A stretch of 63,516 bases of DNA, counting the filler, from Globobulimina sp. (Eukaryota): NCBI GenBank assembly GCA_003354225.1. It is 28 parts of 28 records of this genome, joined end to end, with 100 filler letters (N's around TTAATTAATTAA, not from the genome) between each part and the next. Parts side by side here need not be neighbours in the genome. Positions count along the whole stretch, not along the records: positions 11,369 to 13,541 come from PIVH01008431.1; positions 13,642 to 15,814 come from PIVH01008432.1; positions 15,915 to 18,087 come from PIVH01008433.1; positions 18,188 to 20,360 come from PIVH01008434.1; positions 20,461 to 22,633 come from PIVH01008435.1; positions 22,734 to 24,906 come from PIVH01008436.1; 22 more parts are not named here. One strand, 5' to 3'. Shown in pieces: positions 13,147 to 24,382 of this stretch. Position 1 is the stretch's first letter. Each line of letters begins with the position of its first letter. The translations under genes and the position numbers were made by a program. Below the pieces are notes generated by a model. That model had not been told where the DNA came from. It saw nothing but the letters and a program-made list of their open reading frames with translations, and ran no database searches.

Positions 13147-13487
13147 ATGAAATCACCCATATTAATATTTATTGTGGTGTTTGTATTTTTATCATCTTTT
13201 GGTGAAAGTATCTGTACACCATTCGAGAATCCAGGCCAGTGTGTAAAGGTAAACTTGAAGCTGATTGTGATCCACCTTGTAATTGGGAAGAGTCGCCCGC
13301 ATTAATAAGAACAAGAAAACGTCACGAAGACGTACCACCGATACCAGTTATCGAATCAGCTGTAGTTATGCCACATAAGCATAAGGATGTGGTATTAGGA
13401 TTTGACGATCAAGTTTATGAAAGTAAACGAGCATTTGATGTAGGCGATGTCCATACCTGTGCATTAGGGCTTTCCGATAAGTACTGA
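13147..13487 (+). pseudogene. Small secreted Cys-rich protein split by an apparent 1-bp frameshift
   Basis: Signal peptide MKSPILIFIVVFVFLSSFGES + ICTP in one frame; CKGKLEADCDPPCNWEE in another frame from about 13236. Confidence 0.4.
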
Positions 13488-13645
13488 TTTTTTTGTCAGT
13501 TCAAAAACGCTTTTCCACCATAGTCACAATCCTATCGAACANNNNNNNNNNNNNNNNNNNNNNNNNNNNNNNNNNNNNNNNNNNNTTAATTAATTAANNN
13601 NNNNNNNNNNNNNNNNNNNNNNNNNNNNNNNNNNNNNNNNNTAAA

Positions 13646-13721
13646 ATGATGACAAAATCCAATCTTCCTTACCTACCGTAACTGATTACAGAATTAACAT
13701 GATCACAACCTAACTTTCTGA
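13646..13721 (+). ncRNA. Candidate C/D-box snoRNA (possible SNORD34/snR62 positional equivalent)
   Basis: C ATGATGA 13646, D' CTGA 13682, C' ATGATCA 13699, D CTGA 13718. CCTTACCTAC is complementary to LSU GTAGGTAAGG; CCTAACTTT is complementary to SSU AAAGTTAGG. Confidence 0.65.
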
Positions 13722-13941
13722 ACCATTTCCGTTTATTAATTGTCATTAAAATTGCCATTGTAAAATACTGCAAACTAAGAATTTGTTTTTTGTTATGCAG
13801 GTTATTAAATGTGGTTACATGCAATTATTTTGATGAGAAAATATCAATAATATCAACAGAGAAAATTCCTGAATTTTCGGCTTAGAAAAATATAAGGTTT
13901 GCGATAATTTTATTGCTATATTTCTATGCATTTTGCAAAAG

Positions 13942-14019
13942 ATGATTATCATTTATCAATCCAATCTGGAAATTATTGATGATGATTCAATTATAAATCT
14001 ACGAACCTCTTAACTCTGA
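13942..14019 (+). ncRNA. Candidate C/D-box snoRNA
   Basis: ATGATTA 13942, internal ATGATGA 13979, CTGA 14016-14019. CTACGAACCTC resembles the complement of LSU GAGG(C/T)TCGTAG. Confidence 0.4.
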
Positions 14020-14228
14020 ATTACATATACATTTTTTGGAAAAAATCTTTTTTTATTTGATTTGATAAAATAATGCATGATTTATTTGTTTTCTGTACAG
14101 ATTCTAATGGGAGGACAATAACGATGGTAATTATTGGTTATTATTTTTGAGATTGATTAGTAATCAACATTTTGTATTTGCTGACTAAAGAGTTTAGTAT
14201 TTGTGTTTATTGTTTTGTGTGTGGTGTT

Positions 14229-14319
14229 GTGATGATTTTGTTCGCCGATTCCTTGCTACTCTCGAGCACTTAGAGTGCAATGACGAATTTGGCAATGTAC
14301 TGTACCTTTTTGTGTCTGA
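14229..14319 (+). ncRNA. Candidate C/D-box snoRNA
   Basis: C GTGATGA 14229, D' TCGA 14262, perfect stem GCACT-tag-AGTGC, C' ATGACGA 14280, D CTGA 14316; weak terminal stem. Confidence 0.55.
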
Positions 14320-14877
14320 CATTTTGGCTTATTTTTATTTTTGATGGCAACCACATTGAATCAGCAAATTTAAATATTATATCCATACAAATATTTGAAT
14401 AAATTACACAGATTCCGAGCTTTGGAGAAATTAACTAATTTGCGAAGAATTGATAACAGAAAAACTATGTATGTTTAATAAATGTGAATTTTTTGTTTTT
14501 TATTGATGACAAAATTAAATTAAAACGATGCAAAGTATGAGAATTTCGAATTCACTGATTTTAATCCGTGCTTTTCTGAGAATTGAAATAATGTTTTATA
14601 TGCCGACATTTTTTATCTCTTTCAATGCGAAATTTAAAGGAATGTTTTTCTTTTGTTTTTTTGAACAGCAACGGATAATTAATTGGATGCTAGATTTTGA
14701 AATTAAATTAGTTCAATACAAATAGATTGGAAATGGTTTATTTATCAGGATTGCAGATTGACGCTTTTGTAAATGTTACATGTGTGACTGTGTGTGCTTT
14801 GCAACTTACTTTAATTTATTTAATTATTACTCTCGAAATATCGGTATTTCAACACTCTAAAAAACTTCACTAACTTC

Positions 14878-14994
14878 CAGTTCACAGTTACCAATCGACT
14901 GGAAATCCAGAACGAGGACTTCCATGCTGTCGTCAATTTTATGGCATAATCTAGCTGTAAAGCTGGTTTCTAACAGATTGGTAACTGTGAGCTG
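14878..14994. mobile_element. 117-bp MITE-like inverted-repeat element
   Basis: CAGTTCACAGTTACCAATC...GATTGGTAACTGTGAGCTG: 15-bp perfect core, about 30 bp imperfect. No clear TSD. Confidence 0.55.
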
Positions 14995-15057
14995 TTAATA
15001 TTATAGAAAAGTTTTTTTTTTACTACGAACTTTTTCAGTTTTCACAGATTTAATAGA

Positions 15058-15814
15058 ATGGAAACTCTAGAAACATCTTCGCACAAATCTGCGAATTCAA
15101 CTACATTATTATCAAGTAAAAATAAACCAAAACAAGCTAGAAAATGGAGCACATTTCAATTAATATCGGTTTGTTGTACAGTTTGCGTGGTTGCAGTTAT
15201 CGCATCAAACATGGATAGAATTGTTGATTCTATCAAAAATGATAACGAATCAACATCGTTTGATCCAAATAAAGCATTTGGCCATGACATGTTGGACCAT
15301 TTTGAATTAGACTCGGAATGGGCGGAAATGTATTTTAATTGGGGCAGTCAGGGAGGAATACCAATATATGTTATGGAAGCAGCCGCAAAATTATATAAAC
15401 AAATTGCAGATTGTCCATCATGTTTTTTTCAATTTGACCGTGAAAATGAAATGATTGAAACTTTACAATTAATGGCAGAATATTTAGGCATTGAAAACTG
15501 GGAAGATTTAGTATTTATTGATAATGCATCGCAAGGAATAAATACAATTTTACGCTCATTATCAGGTTTAATGTATTTTCTATATAAAATATACAGATAT
15601 ATGTACAGTATACAATTTATATATATTTATAGCGAGAATTTGGAGCAGCAAATGTAGCGGAAATACCACGTGCAAAGTATTGCGATTTAATACGGCATAT
15701 CCAATGGTTCGTAATTCTGTGCAATGGTTTGATGCAAGTGAAGCATCGACAAAACCACAAGAAATTGTATTTGATCTCACTTTAGATATGTTATCAAATA
15801 CCAGTTTGTTATTA
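15058..15814 (+). CDS. Class-V PLP enzyme (Egt2 / isopenicillin-N-epimerase / L-cysteine desulfhydrase-like) with N-terminal signal anchor, 3' truncated
   Basis: FGHDMLDHFELD, YFNWGSQGGIP, DLVFIDNASQGINTILRSL, FNTAY. Phase-1 intron 15566-15632. Confidence 0.8.
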
Positions 15815-15921
15815 NNNNNNNNNNNNNNNNNNNNNNNNNNNNNNNNNNNNNNNNNNNNTTAATTAATTAANNNNNNNNNNNNNNNNNNNNNNNNNNNNNN
15901 NNNNNNNNNNNNNNACAGAAA

Positions 15922-16949
15922 TCAAACAGAAACCGACCACAAACCTGAATCACAATACAGCGAATTGTCTGCTTCCACCACTCTTTCAAACTTATTCAGC
16001 CACCAATTTTCATCTAGTTTTAATGCTTTGTATTTTTTAGCCATTTTATTATCTGTTTCTGTCTCTATGTCTATGTTATGATTTATATCAATATCTGCTG
16101 CAGAATGCGTACGCGTTGGTACTGACTGTAATATTTCATCATTTTTGACATCATTTTTTTTGTAATTACTATGGTCATAATATATATCATTAATTTGTAC
16201 CAATTCGTGCGAAATATTATTCCATGTTTTATCATCCTGCAACCACAAAATTAAGTTTTTTTCATTTTTTTCAGTTAAAATGTTTAAGAATTTATTATTG
16301 AAATTCATTCTATGTCGAATTGATTGGTTTGAAACGACCCGTTCAAAGTTAGTGGATGGGAAAAACCATAATCTTTCTGCTTTAAAACAGAATATTGATT
16401 CTGATAAAATATATGACGGAATATCATCAATACATGCATTTAATTGAGCGATTGATATAAATATCACTCTTTTACGTGGTTTGGGTATTGGGTCAATTGA
16501 TAAATCCAATTTTAATAATTCTGCAATTTTACGTTTTGCAATATATCCATTTGGAATACTATATCTGTTGCAATTGTCGTTAATGTTTTTTGTATCTGTG
16601 TTGAATTGGATTTCATTTTCGTTTTCAAGATCAAGAATTGTGGATAATTTTATGGCTCTGTTCAAATGTGGATGCGTATGTACTTTGTATGAATCGGTGC
16701 TTCTTTTTTTTGTGAATTGATAATTAACCATTGTTGAATCACGTGAGACTGACATATTGCTATAAAATATATTAGTATATATATATTCAAACGATACGAA
16801 TTACTTAACGCTGGATCATAAGTCTCTGTATATTCAGCAGGTGCATCTATTTCATCATCATCATCACCATTATTTGCGTTGCTTGAACTGAATATTGAAA
16901 TGTTATTACTTTTCTCTAAAGAAAATATACAAAGGCAAAACGTACACAA
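15922..16949 (-). CDS. Hypothetical multi-exon protein
   Basis: 277-aa ORF plus an upstream acidic exon; exon structure unresolved. Confidence 0.45.
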
Positions 16950-17356
16950 AACAACCCATGACAGCAGCTTAAAATTTTCGTTTCATGGCCACTGAATCTG
17001 CAACATTTTTGAAAGTTTGTATGCTTGTTTTAGTTGTTTTGTTACAAAGTGAATTATTATTCTCCAAAAAACAAAATGTGAAAATGAACCCAAAAAGAAA
17101 AAACAAATAATATACATTTTTGGCACTATGTATTCTATTTCGTTTCCAAACAATCCGTTCCCCGAACATATAATAACAATAAATACAAAATAAATCGAGA
17201 GGGTTCCAAACATTCCATTCATGATACAAACCCAATTGAGATACCACTCCGTTTATTCCACGTAAAAAAAATAAAATTGACATTGAACATTCAACACAAA
17301 AAAATTCAACAAAAAACATATTATATAACATTAATAATAAACAAACATGACAGTAT

Positions 17357-18087
17357 TTACCATTTTGGAGTATGATCAGTATGATCGTCAGCAGAATCAT
17401 ATTGAATTTGTTCATCAGCTTCAAATCCTTTGGGTCTCTTAAATGTGGATTCTTGTGTTTCATAATTGTAATAATATTCCTTTTTTTGAGATGGATCTGT
17501 AAATTTCCCCCATTTTTGCATACATACCATCCACGGTGCTTTTTCCCCATTTTTCCGCCACGGATCCCATTCTTTGCCAACAATTACATTTTGATCATTA
17601 TGCAATAACCAATAATATTTGCGATCATTTCGTGAGTAATGTCTGATCCATGTTTGGCTGCCAATTATTGCTTTTCGTGGATACTTTTTTTTCTTTCTTT
17701 GAATCAGTGGTAATGGCGGATGTTTTGCCTGTGATATGGTTAAATTATTGGTCACCACATGCGGCATAAATAATTGCATGGTGGTTGGGATTGGGATCAC
17801 TGATCGCATTGGCAATGGGATATGAGACATGGTTTGTAATTGTAATTGGTTTGGTGTTGCTGTTGCTGGTATTTGATGAACAATAATCGGTTGGTTTATT
17901 GGCAAATGTATTGGCATTGTTTGTGTTTGCTGCTTATTTTTGTTTTTTAATGAAAGTTTCAATGATATTTTCTTTTTTTTTGATTGTTTCTTTGTTGTTA
18001 TATTGGTGGTAAGCTTAGGATTGTAATCGATATCATTTTTGCCATTATTTGCTGTTTTGTTTTTTCTTTTTGTTTTGCTGTGCTTGA
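17357..18087 (-). CDS. WW-domain protein C-terminus, 5' truncated
   Basis: WGKFTDPSQKKEYYYNYETQESTFKRP, plus a degenerate upstream WW-like unit (WIRHYS..RKYYW..WDP). Confidence 0.65.
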
Positions 18088-18187
18088 NNNNNNNNNNNNN
18101 NNNNNNNNNNNNNNNNNNNNNNNNNNNNNNNTTAATTAATTAANNNNNNNNNNNNNNNNNNNNNNNNNNNNNNNNNNNNNNNNNNNN

Positions 18188-19507
18188 CAACAACAAGACC
18201 AACGAAGCCAGCAAATGGCGCTGAAACAGCGTTTAAAGCAAGAGTCGCAGTTAAAATCTCAAGAAGAGCTATTAGCAAAACAACGGGTGGCCCAACAACG
18301 ATTACGGCAGCAACAAAGCAGCGTACTTTCCACTCAAAACCGCCGGACACAGCTTGACAACCAACGGAAAGCGCAACGCGTGCGGGGCCAACAAGAAAAG
18401 CAGTTGTATGTCAAGGTGGAGAGCAAGAACCTGAGTCAGCAACGCAAGCAACACACTGTGGACGCTATGTACAGCGCTGTCAATGCGCGCAGCGACGAGG
18501 ACATATATCGCGCGCAGCAACGCAGCGAGCAACAGGCCAAAACCAGCAATTACGTCAAAGTGCAACAGAAACAGATGTCGCAACAACGCAAACAGGAGAT
18601 ATTGGAGCGGACGCAATACGGTTTGGAGGAGAAGTACAATTCGCAAGAGTCGCAGCGCAGAGCGCAAAAGAACGAATTCGATTCGTTTCTGAGTAATGTG
18701 CAGAGGTCGCAAGACGACGCTCGTTTGGCGGTGGGGCAGGAACGGAGTGAGCGGTTTGCCCAACAGGACGAGGCTAGGAAGCGCAGAGAGAGAGAGATGG
18801 CGCAGCAACGGAGGCAAAGGCAGCAAGAGGCAGAGGCGAAGGAAGCGGAGCGAGTGAAAAAAACGGGGATTAAGTCGCTTGTGAATAGGATTAATAATTT
18901 ATTGGAGGCGAAGAGTGTCGGCATTGACTTTGATGAGTTTGGCAATGAATACTATTTCAAATATAATAGCAATTGGGAGCCTCGGAAGGTTATGGGTTTG
19001 ACGGATTTGGACGACATATTGCGGTCAAATGGGCTGAGGTCGACCGTGGAGATTATATCGAGCGGCATGAGCAAGCGAGCGATTTTGAGGAAGCATTATC
19101 AGAAAATCGCCATTGTGTCGACCAATGTGAATGATATATTGACTGTGTTGGCCATATCGGATAATATCGACAGTGCGATAAAACAGTTGAGGCAAATGTT
19201 GAATGTGAAACAGCAGTCGGCGCGGTCTGAAAAGACGCCGTCTGGATCGGGAGTGTCGTTTGGTGCTTCGACCAATTATTCGGCGTCGAACAATTGGGGG
19301 TTACCGCGTGGATACAGAGTGAAGAAAACGGCCAAAGGCAGGTTGTTTTTTATTGATGATAGTACGAAGCAGACGACTTGGACTGATCCGCGACCTGTGC
19401 CGAGAGGGTGGAGGGCCAATAAAACACCACAAGGCCGCGTTTTTTATATTAACGATAATACGAAGCAGACCACGTGGAATGATCCAAGACCAAAAATATA
19501 TATTTAA
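18188..19507 (+). CDS. Coiled-coil protein with two C-terminal WW domains, probably 5' truncated
   Basis: LPRGYRVKKTAKGRLFFIDDSTKQTTWTDPRP and VPRGWRANKTPQGRVFYINDNTKQTTWNDPRP; Q/R/E-rich helical N-terminal half. Confidence 0.85.
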   Translation, partial: QQQDQRSQQMALKQRLKQESQLKSQEELLAKQRVAQQRLRQQQSSVLSTQNRRTQLDNQRKAQRVRGQQEKQLYVKVESKNLSQQRKQHTVDAMYSAVNARSDEDIYRAQQRSEQQAKTSNYVKVQQKQMSQQRKQEILERTQYGLEEKYNSQESQRRAQKNEFDSFLSNVQRSQDDARLAVGQERSERFAQQDEARKRREREMAQQRRQRQQEAEAKEAERVKKTGIKSLVNRINNLLEAKSVGIDFDEFGNEYYFKYNSNWEPRKVMGLTDLDDILRSNGLRSTVEIISSGMSKRAILRKHYQKIAIVSTNVNDILTVLAISDNIDSAIKQLRQMLNVKQQSARSEKTPSGSGVSFGASTNYSASNNWGLPRGYRVKKTAKGRLFFIDDSTKQTTWTDPRPVPRGWRANKTPQGRVFYINDNTKQTTWNDPRPKIYI

Positions 19508-19688
19508 ATGCACTGTATTATTGTTGGTGGCATGTTGCTATTTTTTTGTAAGTTGTTTTTAAATTGATGTTCAATTTGTTCAAATAAATGGTGGTAAAAC
19601 TTTAGTCAAACCTAGCCCAAATATAATATATCTGAATTTTAGATTGAGGTTTTTTTTCATGTCAAAATACTGCGACTAGCTACTGTCA

Positions 19689-20360
19689 ATGGAAGAGTTG
19701 AACGGTCCTCAAAATGTGGTGGTTGGGATAATAGCAGGATGCATTCAGTGTGCGTTAGACCATCCATTGATAACCTTAAAAAATATGGTGCAACAAAGTC
19801 TGCCATTATCATATAATCCACGTATATTATACCGTGGCACACTCGCAGATATGATCGGATTATCGTCCTTAACGGCGATACAGTTTTTGGGGACGGGAGT
19901 CATCAAAAGCATAATACTGCAAAATAAAGCGCATCTATGTAACACAAACAGCTCTGCGAATAATGTCTCTAATATTCTGTCATTGACCCCCAATGAAGTG
20001 CTGATCTCCTCATTGGGCGGCGGTATGTTATCAGGGATTGTTGTGGCGCCATGCGAATTGATTATGATCCAACAACAGAGATTTGGTGGCAGTTTAATTA
20101 AACATTTGCGTACAATATCAACCGAACATATTGGTTTATTAACGCGCGGAATGGTGCCTGCCATGTACAGAGAGGGCATATTCACAATGGGATATTTAGG
20201 AATTACACCATTATTAGAACATTATTTGTATAATCGGCACAAATACGGTGAAGAGGAGGATATAATGGATATAAATATGGTGAATAAGTTCTTGTGCGCA
20301 ATGATAAGCGGCGTGTTTGCCACGATCTGCTCGCATCCATTTGACACTGTTAAAACGTGC
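19689..20360 (+). CDS. Mitochondrial carrier (SLC25 family), 3' truncated
   Basis: Three Px[DE]xx[KR]-type signatures: PLITLKN, PCELIMIQQQ, PFDTVKT. Confidence 0.92.
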
Positions 20361-20460
20361 NNNNNNNNNNNNNNNNNNNNNNNNNNNNNNNNNNNNNNNN
20401 NNNNTTAATTAATTAANNNNNNNNNNNNNNNNNNNNNNNNNNNNNNNNNNNNNNNNNNNN

Positions 20461-21902
20461 AATCAGCATGGCAATGATATGTATGATGATAATGACAATG
20501 ATGAGGAGTATAAAGAGGAAGATTATAATTATGATAATGATGGACATCCAATGAATGCAATGACCACAAACGAGTTTGGCACCGTTGGATCGACCGCGGT
20601 ATTCTCCATTGTCGAATACAACAAAAAAAAGAACAATTACAAGGTACAACAAACATTTATATTTATAGTTTTATTTATACATAAAATATGCGTTTTTGTT
20701 ATGGATTATAAAATTAAACAGATTACAACCGTTAATTTGGGTGATTCGCGTGCCATTTTGTTAAAAAATAAGAATAAGAATATGGAGGATGGCGAAGCAA
20801 ACAAATATACACTATGCGAATTAACAAATGACCACAAACCTGACAATGAAGAGGAAAGACAACGTATTATTACAGCCGGTAGGTTTTTCTTTGTGTTTTG
20901 AGTGTTTTTTGCAAGAAAAACACAAAAGAAATTGTCAGAAGAAACACATACAAACATAAAATAAAATAAAAATAAACAGGCGGTTTTGTCAAATTTAACC
21001 GAGTTGATGGCGATTTAGCGTTGTCGCGCGCCATTGGAGACACTCGATATAAGCAAAACAATTCGTTGCCCGCAGAAGAGCAAAAAATATCTTGTGTCCC
21101 AATGATAACTCGACAAATAGCCAAGGCGGGCGATTATTTAATGATATTTTGTGACGGCATTGTTGAATATAAAGATAATGAGAATGTATTTGAATTTATA
21201 ACATCGGCATTAAATAATAACACATCAAATGAGCGTATCAATGCAAATCAGAGTGATAATGAGATGGCATCCATTTGCAGTCATTTACGGGAATCAGAAT
21301 TGAAGTATTTATCCGAATGCGAATCATTGCGATTAGTTCCAAAACATAATACGGAATTGTATGGAATAGAGAAAATATTGTTAGATTTAACAGATTGGGC
21401 ATTGGAGTCCGGCAGTAAAGATAATATGACTGCGATGCTTATAAAATTGGGAAAAACGAAAAGGAAAACAACAGAATATGAACGTATATGGAGTCCCTGC
21501 GATTTTTATCAACACAAAATACAATTTAACAACATGGACGATGCGACTTGTCCAAAAGACCCGGTTCAAATCACATTGGATCGATTTATGCGATTATTCG
21601 AGGCGGATTGCAGTGCCATCGGATGGGATATGAGCGTAAAATATCAAAATGCATTGTTGCAGAAAATATTATATGTAAACGATTTAATCACTAATTATAC
21701 GCAAAAAAATGAGATAAAGAAGTTGGTACAAGTCCAGAACAATAAACTTTTGCGGTTAGAACAACCGGATGAGCAAAAAGAGGAAACTGAGAATGATACA
21801 AAGTTGAATAAAAAAAAAGGAAGAAAGAGGAAAACAATGGATGGAAATAAGAAGGATTTTGGTTATGAGTCACCGAGAAAGAGAAGAAAATTGAGCGAAT
21901 GA
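20461..21902 (+). CDS. Protein phosphatase 2C, 5' truncated
   Basis: GSTA, NLGDSRA, LTNDHKP, RVDGDLALSRAIGD, CDG, GSKDNMT. Introns 20644-20721 and 20879-20979. Confidence 0.93.
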
Positions 21903-22208
21903 GCTGGTTGATATAATTAAATATGTATTTTTTACTTTGACATCGATTAACATCAATTTTTATTTACATGCAATATTTTTAATTTTTTTTTATTACTTCG
22001 TTTTTTTTTGTTGAAGTTTTTTATGTCAGTTTGAATATGTTTAACGTTTGTAATTATCGACTCATCATTGAACTGTTTCTGTGGGGGACATATGTTAAAG
22101 TCGGAGAAAAAGTGCATTTAACTTTATAGTACAACATGTGAGCGGAGTAATAGAATAGAATAGAATTATAGTTACAAAATAATTATACTTACACAATCCC
22201 TTTGCAAA

Positions 22209-22633
22209 TTATCTTCTTTCCACTTTGACTAATTTTCTCATCCAAACAAATCTTGGATCCGGATCCGGAAACTCCAAATCCAAATCCATGCTCATATTAA
22301 CGTCATCATATTTTGCATCACTCTCCGGTCTTATCTTATATCTTAACAATGTCCTACCGAGCAATATATATATCTCTCTTTTCGCTAACGATGATCCGGG
22401 GCAATCTGAAAAATAATATTTACAAATAAAAATACATACAAATAAAATATTTACAAATAAAATAATTTAACTTCTTCGCCCAATTCCAAATGCTGAAAAT
22501 GCTGGATTTAATACAAATTTTCCATCCAAATCTAAAAAATTATTCAAATCAAATTTTTTTACATTGCACCATTTAATATTTTCATCATGTTCTCTGTGCA
22601 TAAAATTCGCAGAAAATGCGCGAACAATGGTAT
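22209..22633 (-). CDS. Cytochrome P450 C-terminus, 5' truncated (absent from the ORF track)
   Basis: Splicing out intron 22406-22471 gives the heme motif FSAFGIGRRNCPGSSLA; stop TAA at 22211-22209. Confidence 0.85.
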
Positions 22634-22733
22634 NNNNNNNNNNNNNNNNNNNNNNNNNNNNNNNNNNNNNNNNNNNNTTAATTAATTAANNNNNNNNNNN
22701 NNNNNNNNNNNNNNNNNNNNNNNNNNNNNNNNN

Positions 22734-23232
22734 CATCAATTATGTATCAAAAACGTATCTGATGCGTATCAAAAAGTATCATGATGCGTATCTTTAGAAA
22801 AGTATCACTTTGAATCTTTTTAGGAAAAAATGGATCGCCAAACGAATCATTTTGTCAACCAAAACTAATCAAAAAAATTTGACAAGTTTTTTTGATTCGT
22901 TTTTAGCTGAAACAATCCGTTTTTAGACTTTTAGACGAATCACTGCGTATTAAAAATGATCCTTTTGTATCATTTAGTATCTTTTCGCTTCATTTAGTAT
23001 CTTTTCGTGTCTTTTTAGTATCTTTTTATACGCTTTTGCGGTATATTTAGCACTAGTTCTTCATAATTGAGACTTTAAATGATACGAAACGGACTCCGTT
23101 TTTGAAAAAGTGTGATGATCTGAAATGATTCAAAAAGATCCATATTTGATCCATTATGATACATTTTGATTCGTTTTCACCTATCAAAATGTATCATGTG
23201 ATGCGTATCAAATATGGATCTTTTTGAACAGC
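22734..23232. repeat. Non-coding repeat element rich in GATAC/GTATC/GAATC/GATC motifs with a nested terminal hairpin
   Basis: Dense short motifs. 22-bp inverted repeat 23129-23150/23207-23228 encloses a 15-bp one at 23156-23170/23183-23197. Segment 22791-22951 recurs at 24746-24906. Confidence 0.75.
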
Positions 23233-23256
23233 CTTAGATTTAAGTATTTTGGTTAG

Positions 23257-24024
23257 TTAACCATTGAATTGTTTATCAATTACAAAGTCTTGTTGTTGTT
23301 TGACAGATATGGTTGCTTTTGCATAATTTAAATACGCCGCCATCTCTCCATAAATACCAAACTGAGCATGGCTACCGCCTTTCACATTATACACTGTAGT
23401 TTCATGTGGCAGTCTTCTCAGTCGCTCAGAATGCGATATGTAGAATATTGAATTCTTATTTTTTTTCTCTACATAAAATACGAGCGCCGGTATATTTTTT
23501 TCCGATAATTGCGCTGATTGAGAAGGATAACTGTCTAAAAATATCAATCCAGCAATATTTTGTGGATTATTATGTGCATAAAACGCAGCAGCAGCGCCTC
23601 CCATAGAATGTCCAGCAAGAAACCAAACATCAAAATCTCTAAAATTTTCCGCTGCCATTATACGATCCACAACGTTGATATCAAAAATAGCAAAATTAAA
23701 CCGGACTTTCGGAATAATGACAGTGTAGCCAGTTTGCGCCAATTGTTGACCGAAATAACTGTATGCTGCTGGTTCAACTTTGGCTCCTGGATACAAAATG
23801 ATTCCTTTCTTTTTTTGTGTTTGGTTACTTGTGTGCTTATAACATGTATTATCATTGAATACAAGCCATGGCTTTCCAGCTTGGTATTGTATTTCATCCA
23901 TTTTCATAAAATTATTTAATTCTTGTGATGGATGATAAGTGTTTTGTGACCAAACGTAAAACGAGCAAAATGATGTTATTCCAACGATTGTAGATGTCAA
24001 GAATACTGAATATAGCAACGACAT
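23257..24024 (-). CDS. Alpha/beta hydrolase (Abhydrolase_5-like, bacterial type) with N-terminal anchor
   Basis: IILYPGAKVEPAAY, GHSMGG nucleophile elbow, GGSHAQFG.YG, ATIS...QQ; intronless. Confidence 0.88.
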   Translation of the reverse strand: MSLLYSVFLTSTIVGITSFCSFYVWSQNTYHPSQELNNFMKMDEIQYQAGKPWLVFNDNTCYKHTSNQTQKKKGIILYPGAKVEPAAYSYFGQQLAQTGYTVIIPKVRFNFAIFDINVVDRIMAAENFRDFDVWFLAGHSMGGAAAAFYAHNNPQNIAGLIFLDSYPSQSAQLSEKNIPALVFYVEKKNKNSIFYISHSERLRRLPHETTVYNVKGGSHAQFGIYGEMAAYLNYAKATISVKQQQDFVIDKQFNG

Positions 24025-24382
24025 AGTTGTTCAAAATTTCAATTATTTGTATGTAATAAATTAAGATATAAACAGAAGATATTTATAGAATTATGATTCT
24101 ATTTTCTTTAATTATTAATTATAGTTAATTATTTCAATGTATTGTGTTAAGCGATAATTTACTTCAATGTGTTTTAAGAATTCCAAGCTAGATGAAAAAA
24201 ATCATATAAAATATTATATTTTAATTAAAATGTTTGAGAACCTGAAGAATCAAACAGATAGAAAAAACACACAAAAAAAAACCCCAAAAAAGCAAACACA
24301 AAATCAAAAAAAAAGAAGAAAAAAACACACAAACAAAATTAACAAATATTATCAAAAAACAATTTAGCTTTTTTTATTGAAT

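Noticed and set aside
24167-24367. Lys-rich short ORFs in A-rich tracts (also 55413-55655)
   Set aside because: Reverse complements of T-rich 3' UTRs of neighbouring minus-strand genes.
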